This document shows positions 27,081-36,000 of a stretch of DNA of 64,000 bases, one piece after another. Every line of letters begins with the position of its first letter. Within the stretch, counting starts at the first letter, position 1. The DNA is from Candidatus Obscuribacteraceae bacterium (GTDB lineage Bacteria > Cyanobacteriota > Vampirovibrionia > Obscuribacterales > Obscuribacteraceae). Under the pieces are notes generated by a model. The model was not told the origin of the DNA. It did no database searches and saw only the letters and a list, made by a program, of their open reading frames with translations. Where the stretch lies: assembly GCA_044229845.1 (NCBI GenBank), contig JBGASG010000003.1, positions 192,001 to 256,000 of the forward strand, given 5' to 3'. Made by a program: the position numbers and the translations under genes.

Positions 27081-30000
27081 CTATTCGGCTATCTTTCTTC
27101 CTTGCTGGAAGTTGCAGGAATACTTCTCCCAGTGCGCTGATATATCGTTCTCAGCCAGTTCCTTAGCGGCATGTGGAGGAAGGTCGATACGGCTTGTGGT
27201 TTTCTTGCCGGTGACCGAAAACTCATGACGCAGAGTAACGTCTGCATTCACTTCATACTGAACGACCGGTCTCCAGAAGTCTTCCTGACGCACTTCAAGT
27301 CTCGTTCTGAAGCCGGCACCATCGCCTTCGCCAGTATTGCCGTAATTGACAATCCGGCAGGTTTCGCTGAGATGCTGGATGATATTGCGTTGACCGCGAT
27401 CATCGCCGACGGCTTTCTGCAGTTGCTGTCCTTCGCGCGGCACCATGCCTGCTGCTTGCAGCAGACTGTTGGTAGCATCGTCAGGATCGCGGGTGGCGAT
27501 TCCAGGCGGCGTGTATCGGACAATGTCTCCAGGCCGCACGAACGGCAGAACGTTACTGGCGGCTACTCGCGTTGCGGAGTCGCTGGTGTTGTCGGAAACA
27601 ATCACCGTACCGCTACCCCCGACGACCGGATCTTGCGTGACGTCCTGAGACTCATCTCCGATCTTGATTTGGACATCTTGAAGTGTGGTAGCCATGGACG
27701 GATCACTTTCAGCGGGCACCGAATAAGGTGCTTGAGGAGCCGTAATTTGTTCGGCTTTTCCGGCTGTTTTCGGCGGCTTCAGTTTGAGCTTGAATGACTC
27801 GATCTCTTCCAGAGTCGGCAAGCTGATTGTGGTACCACGCTTGATTTGAGCAACCGGAGTACCCTTGCCGTCGACGTCCGTGGTCAGCTCGTTTACTTCC
27901 GCGAGGAGTTTCCACAAAGTGACATCTTTGAGAGCCGGGTGACGCATGGCGACGGAACGCAAGGTATCACCCAATCTGCAAATATAGCGAATACGTCCGT
28001 CGGCCGGCGGCGCTTGAGTCTTAGCAACGGACCCGAGCAGGCTCTCAACATTGGCGCGGCGCGTAGCATCCTTTTCAACTTCGGCTTCAGACTTCGGTTG
28101 TCCAGCAGCAGCAGCGGCTGGCAGAAGCCCTAATCTGATCAAGCCCGGATTGGTAGCGCGCGATGAATTGCACATGCCTTCCGGTGCTTCTTCGTACTGG
28201 AACTTGATGCTCTGCCTTCCGAAGAGTCGCGCGTGAAAACGACGAATTTCGGCTTGAGTTGGCAGTTGAATCACAGACCGTGGCGAGAGTTGGAGATAAC
28301 GAATGTCTCCTTGCATTCTCGACGGAATCAAGTGCTTATTGATCTCGTAAAGCAGCGGAGCCAATCGTTTGTCTCGCAGTTTCTTGATGGCGATTGATTC
28401 AAGGGTGTCACCTTGCAACACCACATACTTCTGACGCACCTCCGGCACGAAGTTTTCTTCCAATCCTTCGACTGGATTCCTCGTCTTCTTGGTGGCCATA
28501 GCTGCCAGCATGGCATCTGAGAAACGCTTCGCGCGCTCTTCCAGCTCGCGCTGTTCTCGGTCTTCACGCAACTCCTGGTCGCGGCGACGATTTTCAGCAA
28601 GTTCGAGTTCATAGCGCTCGCGGCGTTCTTTCTCGATTTCGTCGTACTTGTTGATCTCTTCGACTTTCCAGTCGTAGCTGGTGCCCATGAGACGACCGAC
28701 TTCAGCACGGTCTTCCATGTCGTGGATGATGGCCTCTGTGTTGAGACCGCCTGGCACGGTTGGATCGGCAAGTTCCACAAGCGGCGCACTGCCGATGGTG
28801 GTAACGTCCACAGGCAGAGTGGGCAACGAAATGGCGGGTTGTGCCCCGTCATCATCGCGATCGTGGTCGTGGTGACTGGCAATCGGAGCCACATCGAGTG
28901 CCGGCGCGATAGCCTGATTCATACCATCTACAAAGGGATTGACCGGCTCGGCGGCGGATTGAATCGGTTGCACAGCCACCGGTGTATCGATGTCCGACAT
29001 GACAGGCTGCGGATCGGACACCGGAGGATTGGTGTTGGCCACCAACCGATCGGCGACGCTGTATCCGGCTTGCTCAGCCTGAGGCAGCGTCACTGGCGGG
29101 ACTGTCGGCTCGAGCATGGGAGCAAATGGCGGCGTCAAATCGTTCGCAGGCGTCTGCTGCGAAATCGAGGCCGAATTATCCGTAGTTTCCTTCACGGCCA
29201 CGTCATTCGGTCTCGAAACGGCGAAGTCCTCGATCGGTCTGGGTGCCGGAGCCTCAATGAACGAATGTTCGACCGTTTCTGAGTCGATCTTGTGAGTGAC
29301 CTCGGCAACTTGATGCGGGAAGTTCTCTGACGAATGAGAGATGTCATCGAGCGGGAACGAAGCTGAACTGGCCGCCGGCATTGGATCAAAATAAGCCGGC
29401 ACGGGAGCCGTAGATGCCGCTTTTGAAATATCTCCGAGTCCTGCGCTGTACTCAACATCGGTATGCGCTTTCGGCTGTGCCGTAACGACGTCCTGATTGG
29501 CAACTGGCTCGGAATGAGCCTGTACTGGCTGTCCAGATTGGCTGCCTATAGCAATGTCGACCACCGCATCTACCACAGAGTACCCGGGTTGGGTCTGGTG
29601 GCTGACAGGCTCCTGATTTGAATAGACAACTGTACCGGATGAAGTCTCGTGCACTATCGGCTCCTGACTGCTGTAACCGCCGTCCGAATGGGAGACCGGC
29701 TGCGACGTCGAGTGCGACGAGGAATCGCCGACTTGAACGTGGACAACAATGTCGGGTTCATGTGAGACGGTTGGCGTTACGTCATTGCCCTTCGGCACGG
29801 GCAACGGTTCCGGCTTGGGTTCCGGTTTTACTTCTGGCTTTGGTGTCACCTCGACGTCCGGTTTCGTTACTGGTGTCGAAGTGGGCTCGGGCTTCGGCGT
29901 CACTTCCACATCCGACTTGGGCGTAGGTGTTGGCGTCGGAGTTGGAGTTGGCTCAATTTTTACCACAATTTCGCCGCTGATAGGCACTATTGGATTTCCG

Positions 30001-33000
30001 TCAGGATTAGTGGTAGTCGTGTTGGTGCCGGTAGTCGTTCCAGTCTGCGTGGTGTCACCGGTTTTGATTTCCGTACCAGGTGGCGTTGTCGTACCGGTCG
30101 TGGTTCCGGTCTGCGTGGTGTCGCCGGTTTTGATTTCCGTGTCAGGTGGAGTTGTCGTACCGGTCGTGGGTCCAGTCTGCGTGGTGTCGCCGGTTTTGAT
30201 TTCCGTACCGGTCTGTGTCTGCGTGCCGGTCTGTGTGCCGGTCCCAATCTGCGTACTGGTATCGGTGGATGTATTGTTGGTCGGAATCGCCGTCCCTGAG
30301 GATGTCGTAATACCGATATCCTTGAGCATCTGGCTGAGCACATCGGGCGGGATGTTATCGACATCTTGCGGGTTGTGCGTGACGAGCTGTCCACCGATAA
30401 CGACGGTAGTGCCCGTAGGAGTCGACGATGAATCCTGCGCGATCGGATGACCGTTCGGATCGGTGAAGAATACGTGGACGTTGGAGCCCTGCGTCTGTCC
30501 GGTTTGGTCGACCCAAACCAGCGTGCCGGAGGATGATTCCAACGGCTTACCATCGGGGCTTACATACACGATGTTTCCGGAGCCCACGTTCGGATTTCTG
30601 TCGATCACCACAACTACGTCATCACCGACTCCGGTCGGGCGCGTACCATTGAGAATAATGGTGGTGGTATCACCGGAGCTGACCGGGCGGCCGTCTGGTG
30701 ACAAAACAATCACGTGCGGTTCATCACCGTATTTGGTGACGGTGCCATTATCAATCGAAACGACGTGGCTATTGGCAGTCGTATATTGCTGTCCTGTCGA
30801 ATCCTGCCAGGAAATAGCTTTACTGTTTCCAGTCGCTTGCTGGCTGTCGGCCGGTAGTTCATCGAGCAACACCTTCAAATTGCCGTTCTTGTCGACGAAG
30901 ATGACTCCGCCACCATCAGTAATGGCGAAGCCTTTACGGTTGTCGATATAGACGGTGGCATTACTGCTGGTGATCTGCCGATTGGCATCCACTGTGACGA
31001 CGGTGCCGTCAGCAGTAGTTGCCGACTTGCCTGAACCATCGAGAACGATCTTGCGATCTCCAGAAGGATTTTGCGCAGCTGGCGGTGCAAAATTGGTCTG
31101 GGCAGCGTTGGGATCAGTGACAGCCTGAGCTGTTGCGGTGGCGGTGTTGGTTCCAGGAGCAAGTTCTTTGCCGCCAGGAATAGTTGCACCGGTTCCTGGC
31201 AATCCGGTCTTGTCGCCGAGCGCGGTGGCGCCGGTGAGAGACACACCGCCGGTGACCGTGGCACCGCCTGCGATGTTGATACCACCGGCCGAATTCAAGC
31301 CGACACCGGAGACCGAGAGACCGCCGCCGGCGCTAATTGAATCTTTACCGGTGGTAACCGTCATACCGACCACTACGGTGCCGGATGTAGCTGTCACTAC
31401 TCCAGAACCAGGTCCAGCAACCTGTCCGGTACCCGTACCGTTGTTCACCGATACAGACGTGCCGGGCGCCTGGGTTTGTCCACCCTGTTGTCCGGGATCT
31501 TTACTATTCTGCTGTCCGGACACGACTGTGCCACCGGCGCCAGTAATCTGGACGCCTGGCAAGTTGATCGGTTGCATTTGCACTGCGCCGCCGGCGCCGC
31601 CCGCTCCCGGCACATTGCCAGGATCTTTGCCGCCCGCGCCTGGCAGGTTGGCACCGGTCGGCTGTTGTCCGAAGCCAGGAATGTTGATCAGTGATTGACC
31701 GGTGGTCGGGTTGATGACGTTGCCTTGAGCGTCTTTAAGGACTGCACCAGTGCCGTCAGCTGCGATACCACCTTTGCCGAGTGGTCCCGGTACGATTACG
31801 CCGCCAGGTCCGATCGTCGAGCCCGGGGGCAGGGCAACGGCCTTACCGTCAGCTGTGATCGGCATACCTTTCGCATCGAATTTGCCGATTGGAATACCGT
31901 CCAGTCCGATAGAGCCTTTGATGGGCAGTCCGGTAGTGGGATCGATAGCCTGACGGCCGATTCCGCCAAGTTCCCCTTTGCCGCCGACTAGTTCGGCTCT
32001 GCCTGTGATCGGATCGATGCGCAGACCTTCTATAGGTTTGCCGTTGGCATCCAACCGTATACCGTCGATAGGTTTGCCGGTAGCGGGATCTATTCGTACG
32101 AAACCGTCACGTCCACCGATTTCCAGACGCGCACCGGGCGGAAGCGGTCCGGCGATACCGGACATTTCACCGCGCAACACCATGCCATCGTGTTTGCCAC
32201 CAGGAAAATCGAAAATCGGTTTTCCAGTGACAGGATCCAGCATCGGTCGACCAGTGGTCGGATCCATGCGGAGAACAGCGCCATCACGGCCGATTCCAAC
32301 CACGCCGGCGTCCTTGCCGCCGATCACGACGCCATCTTTACCGATGATGACACCATCTTTGCCGGTCAGCGAGACACCCACCTCACCACGGCCGGTGCCA
32401 GGCGCCATCGGCAACCCTGTGCCACCAACTTTGGTGAACACCGTGCCCATCGAATCGATCATGCCGTCGCGGTTGAGTCCGGAGAATACCGGCTTGCCGC
32501 CTGCATTGACCAGCACGCCTTTTTCATCCAGGTGCATACCGCCTGCGGCCAGAACTGATGCTGCAAATCGGTTGCCTGAGCTATCAGTGACGACTCCTCC
32601 GGCAGTCTTCTCAAGGAAATCGAGACGTCTGCCGGCTTGTTCCCATTTCGCTTGTTCAGCCGGCGATGAGGCGGAAAGTACATGCTTAGCGATTTCTTCG
32701 CGCATTTGGTCGATGGTCAGCGGCTTGCCGCCGGCTGCTCCGCCATCAGCGGCTCCCCTGCCGTCGGGTCCACCTTTGCCGTCACCCTTGACACCCTGTG
32801 CGGCACCATTGACGTCCGCAAGGGCCGCCTGCAATTTGGCCTTCTCGGCGTCGGAGCCCTTGGTGAGCTGCAACATCTGCTCACGAGCCATGATTTCTCG
32901 TTGCAGACCTTCAATTCTAGTCTGCGATTCTTTCACTACAGCATCACGCGCCTTGGCGTCAGCAATAAGGGCGTCAGCTGTCGGCGGTCCCTTGTCTGGT

Positions 33001-36000
33001 TTGGCGACCACGACCGGTTGATCAGTTCCGCCCGTTCCTTTCTGGTCGACTTTGACTTCTTTTCCTGGCGTGCCCGGGGTGCCACCAGCTACAGCGTCGA
33101 CAACTTTCGGCGCCTCGACTCTGAGTTTTTCCGCCCCATCGCGGGTGCGGGTATCACCGGCAGGAGCCGTTACGATACCACCAGGGTTTTCAACCAGCTT
33201 GGTATAGGCATTTCGGATCGCGCCATCGTCAGCACCCTTCGTTTCTTTAAAATAGGTATTGACGGTTTCGGGAGGCAGAGTAGAGAGATACTTAGCCTTC
33301 TCCTCCGGCGTTTTATAGGTATCTAGTTTGGTTTGTATTTCAGCTGACGTCGGCGGCTTCGCCGAGCTGTCTGTACCGGCACCCACTCCATTGTTACCTG
33401 TATCCCCTTTTGCGGGTTTCTCAGGGACGATGGTGGCAGCGCCGACAGTATCTTTGTAATCGGTGATCGCCTTCGACAATCCAGCTTGGACGCCTGAAGC
33501 AATATCCGGGTTCAACTTAATGTACTTATCGGCAAACTGTTGTGCACCATGATCTCCGGTCACAGCCGCGTTGGCGGCGGCATTGGTCACCACCTGGGTG
33601 ACACCTTGCGCTTTCTCGGCCGCAGTCAAGTTCGGATTGTCTTTAATGGCTTGAATTCTGCTCTCTGACACTACCGGGTCGAACTTAACTGGAGTCGGAG
33701 CACCGCCATTGGCTTGGGATGCCTGATAGAGATCCAGCACCTTGCCGCCTTTGTCGGTAGCAACGGAGCTGACGATGCCTTTGTTCACATCGGGAGCAAT
33801 TGCGGTTATAGAGTTCAGATAGTCAACCCGAGCTTTATCGTCAGGAAGCCCAGTCAGTCTGGTATTGATATCCGCTTTGAGCGCTTTTTCGTACTCCGAC
33901 TTGGCTCCGCCTGACAGTGTGGGAATCACGCTTGATACCAGACTTTGCTGACTTTTGTCACCGGAAGTAGCAAGTTGCGCTATGTAGGCACCCTGCTGTT
34001 CAGGCGTCATGGTCTTCAATTTCTCTTGCAATGCTGCCGGTGTCAGAGCTTCGACACGCGGTGTATTGCTGAGCAATTGAGCAGCTTCCATAGCGCGGGT
34101 GGTGTCTTTGTAGGTGTCTAGAGCGCTGCCCTGCAACTTATCTACGTACGGCTTCACGGCTGCGATGCCGTCTGCCGAGGTGGAAAGCGAAGCAAGATAC
34201 TTCGCTTGCGCATTAGTATCATTTCCGAAGGTCTTAAGCTGAGCCTCAATTGTGGCGGCGCTGAGAGCGGGATCTGCCGGCTTAGGAACCACATGCGTTT
34301 CGAGAGGCGCGATTTGCTGCTCGCGCTGATCTCGCCGTGCACTTAAATCCACAGGCGCAGCGGGAGCACCCGGGACCGGGACAGTAGTGCCTTCTTTCGG
34401 AGGCACAGTGGTGCCAAGTTGGCGAGCCAGGGTCAGGTCGGACTGATCAACTAGTCCTTTTTGAACCAATGGATTGAGGGCTTCGGTGCGGGCTGCGGTG
34501 CGGGCAGCCAGATCTTGCGGAGATACGGGTCCTGTTTCGGTTGGTCCAGTGCCCGGCTTGGTCTGCGTGTGGTCACCGGTGGGAGGAACTACCGGCGCAC
34601 CATCTCTAATTTTTCCGAACTTATCCACAACTTCGCTTTGAGTGCTGCCATCTCCGGACGAGACATGTCCAAGAATGGTGGCACGCGCCTGTTCCAACTT
34701 AGCGCGCTGGTCATTGGCCGCGAGGACAGCCGGGTCGCTGCCGGCTGGTAGATTTTTGACATCCGTGGCCGGCGGTCTGACACCACCTTGCTCCGTCGCC
34801 GCAGGCTGACCGGCTCTGATCAATTCGGTGAGAGCCTGTCCATAAGACTGTTTGCCGGCGGCATCCAGCTTGGCAATTTCACCTTGCACTTCGGCGCGGT
34901 ATTGCGGTCCCATGTTGCTGACTTGGGCTAGGTACTGAGCGCGCGCGACCGGGTCGTCTTTGAATTTTTCGAGGTTGGCGGCAATGTCTTTTTTGGCGGC
35001 TTCGGTGAGCGGAGTCGTGGCACCGCCAGCGACATCAGTTGTACCGGCCAAACGCTTTGCTTCAATCTGAGCCGGAGTGAGCGGCGGGTTGGCTTGCAGG
35101 TCGCCTGTCGTCGGCATCCCTTGGCGGTTCTCAGCCGCGGTTGCAGGTACCGGAACTCCAGGCGAGTCAGCCGTCACCAGCATCAATTTGCCATCTGGTC
35201 CCTTCACCACCTTCGGTGCGTGGCTGTCGGCGGCAGGAATGGTAGTTGCAGGCAGAACAGTTTCGACAGGCGCTACCGGCTTTGCCTGTTCAAAGCTTTG
35301 AATCGGCTTGCCTTCTTTGTCATAAGTCTGAATCGGCTGCCCTGCCGTATCGAGCGGCGGAATCTGTTTGCCCGAGGTGGCATCAAATCTAGGTGGTACC
35401 ACCTGCCCGCTGGCGTCATACGTTGGAATCGGGTTTGGCTGAACCGCTTGCTCGAAACTCTGAATCGGTTTGCCGTCTTTGTCGAATGTCTGGACCGGTT
35501 TTCCTTCAGCATCCAGAGGGGCGATTTGCCGCCCACTCGTGGTGTCATAGCTGGCTGGAATGGGCTGTCCGGTCGAATCAAAGGTTTGAATCGGAGCAGG
35601 CTGAACGACCGCCGTATCGGTTACCGGTACTGTAGCACCTGAGGTGGTGTCACCTGGAACCGCTTGAGTTTGAGCGTAATCGATTGCAGCCTGCAGTTGC
35701 TCCGGCGTGGCGTTTTTCTGCCAGTCGGCGAGGTTGTTCGAGTTCAAGCCATTCAGGAAGCTGTAGTCGTTAGCAGCCACTTTGTCGCGATAACCGAAGT
35801 AGCCATTCAAATCTTCCGGGGATGCGGTGGCAAACCAATCAGATTGCGCTTCGTTGCTGAGCCGATCCACATAGCTGAAATCGCCGGCCGCCTGGCGATT
35901 TTTATAGTCCATGTACTTATTGAAGTCTTCATCTGATGAATTGACGATGAAATCGCTGCGGTTGGCTGGATTGAGGCGATCTACATAACTGTAATCACCG

